Below, piece by piece: positions 1 through 13,690 of a DNA stretch of 64,000 nucleotides. The stretch's first letter is position 1. Every line of letters begins with the position of its first letter. Source of the stretch: Mytilus californianus (lineage: Eukaryota); contig NW_026262701.1 of the NCBI RefSeq assembly GCF_021869535.1, forward strand, positions 58,156,001 through 58,220,000. The letters are read 5' to 3'. The notes beneath the pieces were generated by a model. The model was not told the DNA's origin. It saw nothing but the letters and a program-made list of their open reading frames with translations, and ran no database searches. The translations under genes and the position numbers were made by a program.

Positions 1-2689
1 AATTACACATGTTAAGGGAAATTACGACTTGATGCATTTGTTATTTTTGATAAATTCCTCAAAATAGACATGACAGTGAATAGCCTATTTCCTACTGAGA
101 AATGCATTCCATTTTATATGATTTCTAAAACAACAAACATGTCATAAGTATAGTTGTTACAGGTTTAATAAAATATATGTTTAATTTTGCGAAATAAACG
201 ATGACAAATACTAGTAATAACATTTTTTAAAACACACTGTACTCATTTCATTATCAAATCATTTCGCTTAGCAATGTTTTTGTTGTGTATTTGGAATCCT
301 TTGCAATATTGTACTGTACACATTTTATTCTTATCAATGCTTTCTAAGTATGCACTTTTTGATAAACAAGATTTCTAGATTGTTATCGAAAGCCTAATTT
401 TGTCATTTTTCATAGCAATGCATCAAGTATTATTTTGTTAAATTGTATTGTTATATATAAGGAATGAATCAGTTTTTTGTCTAAATTGATTCATTTTTTT
501 TTCTTTTTTGGCCTTTTATAGCCGACTGCACGGTACTGGTTTTTCGTATTGTTGAAGGCCATAAAGTGATTTACGATTGCTTATATCCACTTCATTGGAA
601 TTTTGGTGAATAGATGTCTCATTGACAATCCAACCACATCTCTTTATTTTGATATTGTGATTTATGTCGAAATGAGAACTATTTTGGTGCACGTATCTGT
701 TGAATATTTCGGGACTATTTTGTAAAACCACTATACTATTTCTGTTAACTTTTTTTATTAAAACACAAATCAAAGTAATTTGAACCTGACAGTAAAGGTT
801 GATAGCACGGTCAACAATCTAGTTGGTATATTTAGATAGAATTATTAAGCCTTTTGCAAATGGCATTTATAATTTAATCCTATTATGGAGTGGATGTTTT
901 ATTGGCAACCGGTATGCTGAAGTAAATGTCTTCTTTTATCACGTACTCACTAATAGAAACGTATACAAAAATACTGAACTCCAAGGCAAATTCAAAAGGA
1001 GAAGTCCATAAAAACTGACAAAATAAAACGCTATCAATCAACGGAACAAGTGAAAAATAACTGCCATATTCCTGACTTGGTACAGGCATTTTTCGAAGAA
1101 AATGATTGGCTAAACCTGGTTTTAAAGCTATCGAAACCTCCCACTTGTATAACGTTGTGTATAGTTCCGTTATATTGACATAATTTGGTAAGCAACTCAC
1201 ACAGACATAATAAGTTAGTGTGACAATAATTGGGATCCAGAAGTCAAAACAGTGCAAACACTGATCACAGAAATACAACATAGCTGACCAAAAAATTCAA
1301 ACCAACACACACACAACCAACAAAGACGCCAACAAAAAGACTGTAGCAAACAGCAATAACCCAGGACAGATGTCAAGACCAAAAAAGATACGTTATGATA
1401 TAGAAATGCAAATGTTTCTTACAAAGCTGCACTTTGTATGTAAATCATAATCTGACAATGATTAAGTCACAGACGATTAAATTTAATAGAAAGGAAGCCA
1501 TGTTGTTTGTTTACGATTCACTTCGTATTTTACAAATTCCTTTCTTACTTGACATAATGCCATTGACCTCACTTGAATTAATACAAAAAGCAATTTTTAT
1601 GCGATATTAAAGTTCATTTACTAAATCTCCCTAGGTAAATGTGATTATCGAGCATATTTGATAGATTTCATATGATCATTAAGGTTATTTCTTCAGAAAC
1701 CCCTTTTCCTTGTTTTTTATGTACTTTTATATGTCCTGATCTGCAAAATACAACACATGAAACTGACACAATAGCAACACGGTTCCTGTCAAAACTACAA
1801 GGAGTAAACTCAGGTGTTTCAGAAAAAATACGTAGTTATTACAAATCTGGTGATCAGCCGCTGTATGGATGTTTTGAATCTACCTTAAATGTGTTCAAGT
1901 AAACATCGTACATTTGGTAACTTAGTCTATCAATTTAAGGGTTTCAATATGTGTAAATTTTCATTTTGACTATACATGACAATTAAAATCATTGCAGAGC
2001 ATAAACTACTAATGTGACAAAAAGCAAAATGTATCTAAAAGATAATATGGTCTGTTTTCTAAAATTTACATACATGATCAATATCCAGCTTAATTTGATT
2101 TAATTTTTAGCCATATTAAGTCCTAACCTACAAAAAAATTGAAAATCATAAATAAACAACTAATAGCAAACGGTTAAGATCATATATGCCTCATGTGCCT
2201 ATAAGATAAATCCTTTTGGTTTTATTTTGATTATTCAATATTTTATAAAAAAAAAAAATACCATATCAAAGAAATGTCATGTAATTACAGGAGTTCTGAC
2301 TACTGGACAGGTGAAATACGCAGGTACAAAACGTTTCCCAACAGTGGCATCGAAGTAGTTGTTGTATAAACTCATAAATTACCAGACTTCTTAACCTGTA
2401 CACGAACAGTTGTGGATGGTACTTCTCAACACCACGCAATCCTTAGCAGAAAAAAGAAAAAAGAAACACCATGTAGTGTAAACAAGAGGAAAATATTACC
2501 ACCAAGGTTTCTTTAAGAAAAAGTATACACAAAACTATCAGTAGATATTATTCTCTGCATCACGTACAAAATAATAAGATTTAGTATACAGTTACATTTG
2601 GAGAAAATAATTGTTAAAGAAATGTTTTGCTGGTTTTTAATGGTTCCTCGAAGTAAATTCATCAAAGATACAAGGATTAAAATTGTGTA

Positions 2690-2731
2690 CGGCAGACGCT
2701 CGTTTCTTCTACAAAAGACTCATCAGTGACA
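2690..2731 (-). ncRNA. Minimal type-I hammerhead motif, mildly mutated
   Basis: GUCA CUGAUGA GUC UUUUGUA GAA GAAA CGAGCG UC UGCC. The closing C of stem II is replaced by A and the palindrome is broken. It lies in an insertion of about 2650-2905 absent from the paralogue. Confidence 0.65.
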
Positions 2732-2934
2732 CTCGAATAAAAAATCTCAAAAGGCAAACAAAAGTACGAAGTTGAAGAGCATTGAAGACCCAAAGCTCCG
2801 AAATGTTTTGCCAAATACAGCTAATGTAGTCTATTTCTGGGATAAAAATCCTTAGGATTTCGAAGACCATATCAATGATAATGCATGTCAACACAGAAGT
2901 GGTGATAAAATAGTGACATTGGAAAATGCTACAA

Positions 2935-3063
2935 GCTGTAGTACGTCTCCGGGTGCGTGATTTTGTTGCTGTGTTGGAGACCCATTGGTGGCCTTGGACT
3001 GTTTTCTGCTCTTTGGTCGGGTTGTTGTCTCTTTGACACATTCCCAATTTCCATTCTCAATTT
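2935..3063 (+). mobile_element. Short 3'-terminal fragment of the Naiad tail with a 5-bp TSD
   Basis: Matches 58850-58973. Flanked by TACAA at 2930-2934 and 3064-3068. The paralogous site near 41780 is empty. Confidence 0.7.
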
Positions 3064-3180
3064 TACAATTGGTCATTGTCCAACAATTTAACAGTTAAAT
3101 AGATAGTATGAAATAACACATTCAAATATGGGCGATTGTTTTCAACAATCAATCCCGTCATCTTCAGGAAAATACATTTT

Positions 3181-3238
3181 TTCACTCATGACATTCATAA
3201 AGAATGTTTCAGGTTTACCTTGTTTCATCAGTTGAATC
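3181..3238 (-). ncRNA. Hammerhead-like motif with a full stem III
   Basis: CUGAUGA AACA AGG UAAA CCU GAAA CAUUC UUUAU GAAUG UC. GUC triplet, but a 4-nt insertion before stem II and an A-A mismatch at the base of stem I. Confidence 0.4.
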
Positions 3239-5513
3239 CAGCGATACCATTACAAAGTCGATATATACAATGGTGCCTATCATTTATCACTATCCTGGGT
3301 TAACAGTTTGAAATAAGCGCTAACAGTTTGTAAAAGGTGACGTCATGTATTGCCTTGGAGCATTCATAAGTAATCAAAATTTGATTAACATGATTAAGCA
3401 GTTTTATAAGAATGCCTAAATGATTATCGTGGTTTCGCAGTTTGAAATGAGCGCTAAAATTACACAACAGTTTTTACAAAGGTGTCTTTCATTTAATATT
3501 GTCTTTGAAAAGAAAACATTTACAGATACATTATTTGATCTTATATATCAGTTGAATATAAAAGAGAGGCAAAAGATACCAAATAAATATTCAAACTCAT
3601 AGGTAAAAATAAATGACAACGCCATGGTAAAAAAAGAATAATTTAAGGACAAATAACAGTATTCAAAACATAACAAAGAAAACTAAAGACTGAGCAATGT
3701 CACTAAAAATCTCCTAGAAAACACTGACAACTTTTCCGTCTTGAGTATAACACACAATCATGAAGACACAGATACCTAACATTATCAGTCAAACATAACC
3801 ACAGAGACAAAGATACCTAATATTATCAGTCGAAGAAAAACTGACAAGGTTATAGCAAAAATACGAAAAACAACGTAGACAAACAACAGTCTAAAACCAC
3901 TACATACAAAAACTAAAGACAGAGCAACACGAAGCAAATCAAACACCAGGGAAAATATCAGGTGCTCCGGATTGGCAAGCAATCATAGTGCAGTTAATGG
4001 AAAGAAATATTTCAGTGAAACATTGTGTGTCGATGCCATAATCCATGACGGTTTTTGGCTATGATATTATAACAGGTGTAATAGGTGACAACATATACGT
4101 TGTCACCTGTTACATAAATGTGTCGAAACAAAGCTACACTGGTAGTTTATGGCAGTTGGGTAAATATCCCTAATGCGCCTCAAAATGAGGACATATTGGA
4201 CATGTTTCTATTTGTAACAAGTGACTGAGCTTAACCATTTGTGTTGATTTGGAAAGTAGAGGAATATAGAATAAATGTGTAAAAACTATGGAGCTATTAA
4301 TGTGTTCAAAGTATTTAATTTTCAAAGAACTTATTGTGTTAAAAAAGGGTTTTTTTACCTCGAGGAGCCGCATCACGAAAGGATTTTCAGGGTATGCTAA
4401 TTTACGGAAAAAGTAATCTCACTTCGTACCCCGAAAATTTAACCACATATGTGAAAATGTCTCAGCTTCGAAACGAGCCATCATACATATCCAAGTTTAC
4501 GATATGGGCTGAGCTACATGAAAAAACGTTACTATTTCCGCCTATGGAAAATCAATTAAGGATATTGGCCCAGTTAACGTTAAAACGGTTGCATGTTTTA
4601 CCACAAACATGCTTTCCATATTAATAAATAAAAAAGCTTGGTGTACGTAAAAAGATTGCAATCAAACGACACAAATATCAAAAGATCTATAATTGAAAAT
4701 ATATTCTTCAACAAAAGAATAGCGTATATGCAATATCCCAGCTCCACCTTCCCTTGACGATATAAACATTTAATGACATTTAACATATGCATGAAAAGAA
4801 TTGACATCAACACTAAATACCATCAATTACAAAATTTAAACAGCATAAAATGATTAACCACTACCACACACAACGACTGATGAAGTTCCTAACTTGGCAT
4901 CAGGACATGGGCCTTTTATAGCTGACTGTGCGGTATGGGTTTTGCACATTGTTGAAGGCCGTACGATGACCTATAGTTGTTAATTTCAGTGTCATTTTGT
5001 CTCTTGTGGAGAGTTGTCTCATTGGCAATCATACCACATATTCTTTTTTATATGAATATGTTTTTGTGTTTAGTAAATTTGTTAAAGCATACCGACTCGC
5101 CTCTCACGTTCAATCTTAACATTCGAATATCAATAATAACATAAGCAAACGTTCAATATAGATCAGCACAACATATGGTTTACTCTACGTTCAAGCACAA
5201 AAATTATCAAGAATATCATATCACATCATGAAAGATACCAGTTCTTGAAATTAAGCTCTGAGTGCATAATATGGTGATATGAAACGGTATTTTCCTTCAC
5301 TCTTACATCTTCAACTGTACTTCAGAATAGATAGTATACAGCGTTATAAAAAGTGAAAGTAGATTTGAATCAGTGAAATGCCTTTACACTCAATCAATTG
5401 GATATTCGGCTTGTACTGTTTGAGCTTTTAGTCGTAGATTCATGCTTTTATTTATTAGTTGTTATATATTGGCTTTGAACAAACATTCAGTAACTGCAAT
5501 CACAACCAAATCT

Positions 5514-6120
5514 AAAATTGAGAATGGAAATGGGGAATGTGTCAAAGAGACAACAACCCGACCATAGAACAGACAACAGCAGAAGGTCACCAACAGGTCT
5601 TCAATGCAGCGAGAAATTCCCGCACCCGGAGGCGTCCTTCAGCTGGCCCCTAAACAAATATATATACTAGTTCAGTGATAATGAACGCCATACTAAACTC
5701 TAAATTGTACACAAGAAACTAAAATTAAAAATAATACAAGACTGACAAAGGCTAGAGTCTCCTGACTTGGGACAGGCGCAAAAATGCGGCGGGGTTAAAC
5801 ATGTTTATGAGATCTCAACCCTCCCCCTATACCTCTAGCCAATGTAGAAAAGTAAACGCATAACAATACGCACATTAAAATTCAGTTCAAGAGAAGTCTG
5901 AGTCTGATGTCAGAAGATGTAACCAAAGAAAAATAAACAAAATGACAATAATACATAAATAACAACAGACTACTAGCAGTTAACTGACATGCCAGCTCCA
6001 GACTTCAATTAAACTGATTGAAAGATTATGTCTTCATCATATGAATATCAAGCACAATCCTTCCCGTTAGGGGTTTAGTATCATACCATCATAACATATA
6101 TGAGAAGAACATAACCCGTG
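5514..6120 (-). mobile_element. Solo 3' end (SECIS plus tail/pseudo-LTR) of the Naiad family
   Basis: Near-identical to 43797-44340 and to the reverse complement of 58370-58973; no RT sequence; absent from the paralogous site near 46290. Confidence 0.85.
6026..6114 (-). promoter_or_regulatory. SECIS element in an ORF-less Naiad 3' fragment
   Basis: Same fold as 44245-44333: AUGA at 6092-6089, AAA at 6076-6074, UGAU at 6050-6047. Confidence 0.8.
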
Positions 6121-7593
6121 TCTGTACCCAAATCATGGTGTGGTAAGGGGAGGATAAAAGATTAATGTATAAATTAGTAAACATAAAACAGACGTAGTGT
6201 ACAGACATCATATACAGACTAAGAAGAGCATTGAATTGTGCAATTCCAAAATATAAGTACGTAATATCGACAGGATTTAGACTCATAAATTTTTATTAAT
6301 GAAAAAGCAATACATATTTTTATTTTTTTTTAAATTTATAAAAAAAAATCAATGTTAGTAACGATAAATTCAATATCCGGTAGTCTTACTACGTTGTTAA
6401 ACTCATATGATTAATTTTATTTACAGGATAAACAATTTTGCATGGATCTTATTTAAATTTACGTTCTTTATAAACAAGAATACCTTTAAAAATAGGATCT
6501 GATATCCCATTTTTATACGAATTCTTAAAGGTACATCTCTAAACCGAATATGTTAATCTTTGAAAGAATTTAGTAAAAGTTTAAAGCAATTGATGGAAAT
6601 GCAACGTACACAGATATATCATGTGTATGTAGATCAGGTTAATTGAAATCTAAAACAACTCTAAAGTACAGTACGTGTGGGTAGGCAAATGCAAAAAACA
6701 TGTAAAACCAAATGTTTTAATAACAGCAAAGTCGACCGTGAAAGGCAAACTTTTCTGTGCAAGATATTTTTTTTTTAAATTATTAAATGATAATAAAAAC
6801 AAAAAAACTGATAATGACTAAAAAAATGAAATAGAAAGAACAGACTTCTGTTTGTGTCGTCGGGCTGTGGCCTCATTGACGTATACTCCCAATATCTATT
6901 TTATGCATATAATATATTACTAGTATATTAAAACGATGCATTAACGCACAAAAATGCATTAATCAAAGACATAGAAATGCTATATTTATATAGTTATATC
7001 TGTTAAATGTTTATGCTACATAGTAAAAGATAAAGGGTTGTAATATTTATCGATGTTGAGTCTGAATAGCCGTCTATTTTTTTTTTACTCCAGTGAGGAA
7101 CTATGAACAATAACGTATATATCAGAATGACTTATTTGAATACAAGAATGGAAATAGATCATAAAGAAGCCTGTTATTTCTTTGAAATCTATTTTAGATA
7201 AAAATTTAAATCCACAATAGCATTTAACGACAAGAGATGATAGGAGTTTAAATCGATCTTCATGTCAACAGAAAAAAACAAAAACTACAATCGACGCGGT
7301 GCATTTCAGCTTTGAGCATTTACACTTAGTTGGTTATAACATCAAGCCATTTAATAACTTCTATTTTACCATCTTGTCTTGATACAGACAATGTTAGAGA
7401 TTACTTGTATATAAAATGTTCAATGATAATAACTAAAATTGGCTTGCACAGATGCGCTCATTGATTGTTATAAATTTATGGTCAATACTTGTATTTGATA
7501 AAAAAAGAAGAATTATAAACATTATTTTGTCAACGGTGTTGTCTGTATTTTTGGGAATTATGGTTTTTGGCTATATCCTTCTTATCTTCTCCC

Positions 7594-7616
7594 TCTTCTT
7601 CTTCTTCTTCTTCTTC
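7594..7616. repeat. (CTT)n microsatellite
   Basis: Seen directly. Confidence 0.85.
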
Positions 7617-9673
7617 CGGTAAGCGGCTACCGTCAACTGGTTGACTATTCTGCCACATTTTGGAGTGAGCGCATGAAATATTTTTGAAATTTAACAAAAA
7701 GAGAATCGGTGCAATTTAATATATATACAGGTGCAATTAAAAACATGGCATTTAAATCTAATGACGGAGCTGATATTTATACAGATAGACGATATGTAGA
7801 TAATTTGCAAGATATTTGATCTAGACAAATATTGCCAAACATTCCGTTCTGTAAAAAAATGCGGTGCATATAATCGATATAAGAACTATACGGACACAAT
7901 CATAAAATAGACAAAAATGTGAAATCCGAAAAAGTCACTATACTTACTCGGTTGGATTTATTTGGTATGCTGATTTTGCATCATATCATTCATATAATTT
8001 TATTTCAAAATAATTTCTTCAAGAAAACTTACAACAAAATAAGCAATGGCAATAACATCATTCTACACTTATGACGCAGTGTTATCGTTTTATTTTATAA
8101 GATCGTAGGTTATTTAGTTATATTACTTAAACTGATTTATAAGCGAACTTCAACTTTTTCAAACTTTGACTTCGTTAAATGACCGCTACGTCGTGTCGTT
8201 GTCCTCTACATTATGCTAAATCTTATGTGACCTTCATTATGCACATAAATACAATAAACTTTTAATAAACGAAAATTAGATACAAGTATAGGACTTTCTA
8301 GAAACTCACTTCAAAAAGATTAAATCTGATTCAAAATTACAATTGAATACAGATTCGTTCCATTCTTGGGAAGTATACTGCTATAAGTACTGGTTCGCTG
8401 CAGTGCGGATCTACAGTAAGAAGTAAAATAGAAAACAATGAGTTTCTTTGGTTAACAAAGATTTCCAGCTTTCGAATTAAGTTTGATATCGAGTAAGTTG
8501 GAAGACAAATTAACATTATTTTTATATTTATATAAACCAAATGTTATCTTCAAATCAACAGGGATAACATAGTTGACTATTCTTTGAGCTTTATCACAGC
8601 GAAGCAGTTCAACTTCACCAAAAAATAGATAACCAACTTCCAATTATAAGTTTGAAGTAAAGTTTATGATTCCGGAAATGAGTTTCTGGAAAGAGTGATA
8701 ATAAAACACACTGTATCGAAACACTTTCAAATATCAGAAAATATAAAAAAAAAATTAAGTGATAAATGATAATTTTTAATGTTAAATTACTTACACTTCT
8801 AAAAGACAGCTGCTAAAAGTTTACTCACAATTTGATGAAAATATATGCTTAAACCTGTATTATTAATAAAACTGAATGTAATGTATTTGATGAACAATGC
8901 ATCAAGCATATTGTTCACAGAAAACTCAATTTGAAAATCCGATGTACCCTTGAAGTGTTTTTGTTAGAATTACATATCAAATTAAACAAAAACTTTTAGA
9001 CATTAGTAAAAATAAAACAACACCATATTGGAAAAGTATGATAAATATCATTATCATTCAATATTGAGGAAATGATCTCTTGAAAACACCGATATTGTGA
9101 TATTGAAATTCTTGTTTATAGTCCAAAAAGCTGTCCAATAAATTGCCAAATTAATCACTTTGTGGTAAAAACATGAAACTTTGCCCATTGTTAGTTAGAT
9201 GATAAAAAAAAACATTTTTGAATATAGAGCAATCTAACAGAATACCACAGTGACTATAGCTGCCAAATTCAACATGTCCCCCATTTGTCTTTTATATTAC
9301 ATATAGTTCAGAGGAATCAGAACAATTGATCAATTTATGATTAAAGCGTGAAACTTGACAAAGGGAAAGATTAAGGGGTGTGGAAAAATTCGTATAAAGA
9401 GCCAAGAAAACAAATCCTAAATGACCGCCAATTTATGACTGCCGACAAATGGTACACCATACACCATACAATTTATTGAGTCTGCGAATATTCAATAGTA
9501 CAGATTAAATCAAAATTCAAGAACATACAACGAAGATATGCCAAAACATATTTTTTGTCAACCTTATACATATGAAAAATCATTCAAATACCGCCCAAAT
9601 CCAAAATGACGACGTCAACAATGTCAAAGTTTGACAATATTTGTATATATTCGCTATTATTGTGGTATTATAT

Positions 9674-9812
9674 AAATAACACATAGCTGAGAGGGTGATA
9701 GAGCAGATTGTTACCCCGAGAAAACATTGTCAACTGAGGCGAAGCCAACGTTGACAATGTCTTTTCGAGGGGTAACAATCTGCTCTATCACCCTCTCAGT
9801 TATGTGTTATTT
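9674..9812. repeat. ~140-bp near-perfect inverted repeat (hairpin MITE)
   Basis: AAATAACACATAGCTGAGAGGGTGATAGAGCAGATTGTTACCCC ... GGGGTAACAATCTGCTCTATCACCCTCTCAGTTATGTGTTATTT, with central GGCGAAGCC. Confidence 0.9.
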
Positions 9813-10976
9813 AATTTATTATACTGAATGTTCTGTTATTACTGTCTTTTAAATATCAAATTCAAAGAAATAAACTATATCGTCTTGTACATAACAACCA
9901 TCCGTATTTAATAAAGCGCACACTTGATCAAGCGTCTCCGTGAAGGGTAATAGAGTATATGCCATGGGATAGAGTAAATTGTCTACCTCGTATTAACCAA
10001 TCAAAATCTGGCATTTTGACATGAAGTATAATAAAGAAAAATAACACATCCGTGAAACTGATCATCTGATATAGGCACAGCTAGGCCAACAATGAAGTGA
10101 AAATACCTGGCGATATAGATAATGTGTTTTCAAAATGGTGGTATACTTTAAAATGGCGTCGTCAAAAATGTCAAATTTGATTGTTTTTGCATATAGACTT
10201 TTAATGTGGAATACAGAGATGAAAACCTTTAATGGAACATGTTTGAATACAAACAAAAAACTAACATATTATTATTGGAAACAGGGGACATTCATTATTA
10301 GATGAAAATGGCGATACAATTCACAATGGCATATGACAAGGTGTTCATTTTCACAGTTAACGTTAATATTTCATGGCTTAAGGTTTACTTGCAATGACAA
10401 AGAAATGTGTTAAATCCTATTATGATACAAAACAAGTATTTCTTTTCGAATGGAGACGATAATACTTGACTATTGTTATTTATACTGCACTCGTTCTATT
10501 TGAGCAGTCAAAATGCGTTGACTGTATATTGCTATGTCATATACAGTCACTGACCCGATATCACTTTTCCTCATGAATATTTAAATAGAAGTTGCCGAAA
10601 CTATATTTAATTATTCATACGACCTCTTCAACCTGTTCTTGTTTCCAATGTATACAATGAAGTGTGGAACGACCCAAACTTATTTCTTTTACAATTTTTG
10701 GAAAAACATATTTCACTTGTTAATATTTTTTGTTTGAAACCTAAAAATCATTATGTTTTATGCTTATTGTTGATAGTTTAATCCATACTCAAACGAATTT
10801 GTTCACCATTGATTGCGGGTTTCAACAGGTAATGTACATTTCATTGCGTTGTCTATTTCTCCGCCTGATATCGGTATAAGGCCTTTTTAAAGGGGGATTT
10901 TTCCAATATTTAAATCAAATAAATAACATTTACACATTAAACAACAATTGAAAATGTTTTTTTCTAGATTGCAGTA

Positions 10977-11131
10977 TAAAGACAATAATAGTGCATTTAC
11001 TTGACATATCAACGATATAAGGATTCGGCCCGAAACGGGGAAAAAGCTCGGCAGAGCCTCACATTTCCCCGTTTCTAAGCCTCATCCTTATATCGTTGAT
11101 ATGTCAAGTCAATGCACTATTATTGTCTTTA
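10977..11131. repeat. ~155-bp near-perfect inverted repeat (hairpin MITE)
   Basis: TAAAGACAATAATAGTGCAT.TACTTGACATATCAACGATATAAGGAT ... ATCCTTATATCGTTGATATGTCAAGT.AATGCACTATTATTGTCTTTA, with central CTCGGCAGAGCCTC. Confidence 0.9.
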
Positions 11132-13409
11132 AAACATATTCAATTTATTTATAATTTGATTTGGATAATATTCAAATGCAAGACAATCAACATTTAACAC
11201 AGCTTTTTTTCAGTTTCATCACGGTCCGGTGAACAGACATAATGCTGTGCATTTCAAGGATTTACTTACCCCCTGACATCCTTTCTTTCAGCCACAGTGG
11301 AGTAGCTCTTGATACAATATTGCATCTATTGCATCATTGACTAGAATGGCACTCACGAATCATCAAGTTTTTGACAACCAAATAAGTTTGGTAGTTGCAT
11401 ACTATGATTTGCCACTAAATAAAGGCAACAGTAGTATACCGCTATTCGAAATTCATAAATCGATTGGGAAAAAAACAAATCCGGGTTACAAACTAAAACT
11501 GAGGGAAACACATCAAATATAAGAGGAGAACAACGACCCAACAGAAACTCAATACTAAAATGCAACACATACAGAAACGAACTATAATTTAACAATAGCC
11601 ATTTTCCTGACTTGGTACAGGACATTTGAAGAAAAAAATGGTGGGTTGCACATGGTTTTTTGGCTAGCCAAACCTCCCGCTTTTATGACAATGTTAAATA
11701 TAACATTAAAATGACAAGATTACATGACAGGACTACAATACAAATAAATGGGAGAACATACAGGACAGAGACAGATACAAATAATAGCTATCAAAAGGTA
11801 CCAGACTTATAATTTAATACGCCAGACTAAACAAATACCCCAAATCACACTTCCTTGGTACGCTGCGCGTATTATTTGCTTGAAGGTCGATCTTGTGTCG
11901 GTGGAATGTTGTCGATTGTTCTTGTCTTCTGTGTGAATAAGTGTTTTTGCAAGTATAGCATACAGTAAACTAGACTTGCTATACAAAGACACGACATACC
12001 GTTCTATAACTTTTATTTCATCTTATGTTTCTACTTCATTTTAATTTTCCAAAAATCTGCACAAACGCTGCTAAAAAGTCTTCAAATACGCATCATATGT
12101 CCCTAGCGGGTTTCGTACTTTTCCCAGAAAAATCTGTAAAAATGCCACAACTGGTGAAGACACCAAATCAGTGGTAGCACTTTTGATCTTAATGATCCAA
12201 GAGAAAGGCATACCTATGAACTGGAATACATGGAAGTTCTTTCAGGTGCCAAAACCGACTCACAACTTTTCAATCTATACATGCTGAATTCAGTGGAAAC
12301 AAAAAAGATAACACAAATACGTTTCAATGGTTCCTATCAATATTCTAGTGTTACCTTTTTGGGCAGAATCTTTGGATGTTTCAGCATTCTGATATCTGTC
12401 TCTTCCTGTGAACATGGACTCAATGATTCGTAGATGTTTTCTGTAGTATTTCCAGTGGCGTTGTCCTTGTTAATTACTATGATTTCAATTTTTATGTCAA
12501 TTAAAAGAGATCAACTTTATTATCGTCCAATTCTATTATGTAATTTTTTGACACACTTCCCATCGCTCACTTTTTCATCACGTCAAATCAATATCGTTGC
12601 TACTAGTGGTTGTTAAACAACAGCGGTTCTCGCATGGATACAGAAATTCAGTTTCGTGTCATAATTTATGCAAATCATAACGATTGCAGATACCGTAATG
12701 CAACACCTCTAATTTATAAAATTTCATTAGATCTATATCCATCATGTTTAAAAAAATGAACAGAAATTGTAAATTTCTTTTGAATCAGGGAAATGTATAT
12801 GCATATTACATGTGTGTGATGATATACCTGGTGGTTTTAGGTAATCACATTTTGGCGAATGTTGCATGGGCACTAAACAGCTATCATCATAACGAAACAG
12901 TAAATATTTCTACCTCTACCCAGCCTTGTGCTGTTGTAATATTCAACATTACTTATACATGTACTGCTCACTACCAATTATGAATTTAACATAGTTGCCA
13001 ATAAAACGTCAGACAAACTTCAACATAAGATAGAAGAAAGGAACTAATATACCAAGCAAATGTACATAAGATTGATAAAATTTATCTGAAAACACCAATA
13101 TAGTCAGCATGCATACAGTTATACCGACGACCCCCTACCATAGTCCTGAAATGAGCAGTACATGCAATATAATATTGTACTTATCTATAAAAATAAATCA
13201 ACAAATTTTCAGTAGTTTCAGGTAAACGGGTGGCTTAAAACGAAAAAGATATGGGTAGGATAATGCGATTATTCTCGTATAAGCATATAAGCTTTCTAAA
13301 AGAAATTTGTTTTCGAAGTTTTAATTCATTAATGCATTGAGTATACACTTTTGTAATATAATTTCCTTCCAACAATCGTAAATTCAACATTCATAGACGT
13401 TACAGATGA

Positions 13410-13690
13410 TCATTATGTTCAAGAGCCTGTAAATCAGTGGTTGTCTTTTGTTGCTGTATATCATATTTGTTTTTCGTTTATTATTTTATACATTAATCAG
13501 GCCGTTAGTTTTCTCGTTTGAATTGTTTTGCATTTGTCATTTCGGGGCATTTTATAGCTGACTGTGCGGTATGAGTTTTGCTCATTAGTGAAGTCCATAC
13601 GGTGACCTATAGTTGTTAATTTCTATGTCATTTGGTCTCTTGTGGAGAGTTGGCTCATTGCTATCATACCACATCTTCTTATTTTTATAT
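13410..13690 (+). mobile_element. Representative copy of an abundant SINE-like repeat family
   Basis: Core GGCCTTTTATAGCTGACT.TGCGGTATG...GTTGAAGGCCGTACGGTGACCTATAG...GTCTCATTGGCAATCATACCACATC. Also near 510-650, 1010-1260, 4905-5050, 11400-11800, 18330-18655, 31190-31330, 37600-37880, 38150-38335, 46540-46745, 46980-47190, 50470-50880, 57295-57660 and 60640-60995, in both orientations. Confidence 0.8.

Noticed and set aside
4170-4624. ORFs 4170-4376 and 4394-4624 as gene fragments
   Set aside because: No recognisable motifs or splice-supported frame.
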